Shown here in pieces: positions 63,988-64,000 of a DNA stretch of 64,000 nt (position 1 is the first letter of the stretch; each line of letters starts with the position of its first letter). Origin of the DNA: Balanoglossus misakiensis (taxonomy: Eukaryota; Animalia; Hemichordata); assembly GCA_040954595.2 (NCBI GenBank), contig CM082578.2:16352998-16416997 (forward strand), in the 5' to 3' direction. The notes under the pieces were generated by a model. The model saw nothing but the letters and a program-made list of their open reading frames with translations, had not been told where the DNA came from and ran no database searches. The position numbers were made by a program, and so were the translations under genes.

Positions 63988-64000
63988 CTGTCAAAGTGAA

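Overview
Eukaryotic (metazoan, probably an invertebrate) genomic DNA with spliceosomal introns. There are no prokaryotic features and no CRISPR array. Exons were assembled by hand from splice sites and reading frame. Seven protein-coding genes were found: a TBK1/IKK-epsilon kinase (+, 15 coding exons, one GC-AG intron), a makorin RING/CCCH E3 ligase (-), a TMEM121/CECR6-like membrane protein (+), a core-2/I-branching beta-1,6-GlcNAc transferase (-), succinate-semialdehyde dehydrogenase ALDH5A1 (+), and two tandem SLC22-like transporters (-; the second is cut off by the window edge and has an early stop). About 16 kb (39.4-55.3 kb) is a very homogeneous 87-bp satellite of about 183 copies, with diverged related monomers on both flanks and incipient higher-order repeats. 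Several MITEs are present (Harbinger-like with TTA target-site duplications, piggyBac-like with TTAA). The most interesting unexplained signal lies directly after the TBK1-like TAA stop: the same frame stays open for 81 more codons, and this stretch contains a ~92-nt hairpin of about 38 bp. It is a candidate for structure-assisted stop-codon readthrough, or a miRNA/Drosha/ADAR-type element, in an innate-immunity kinase mRNA.
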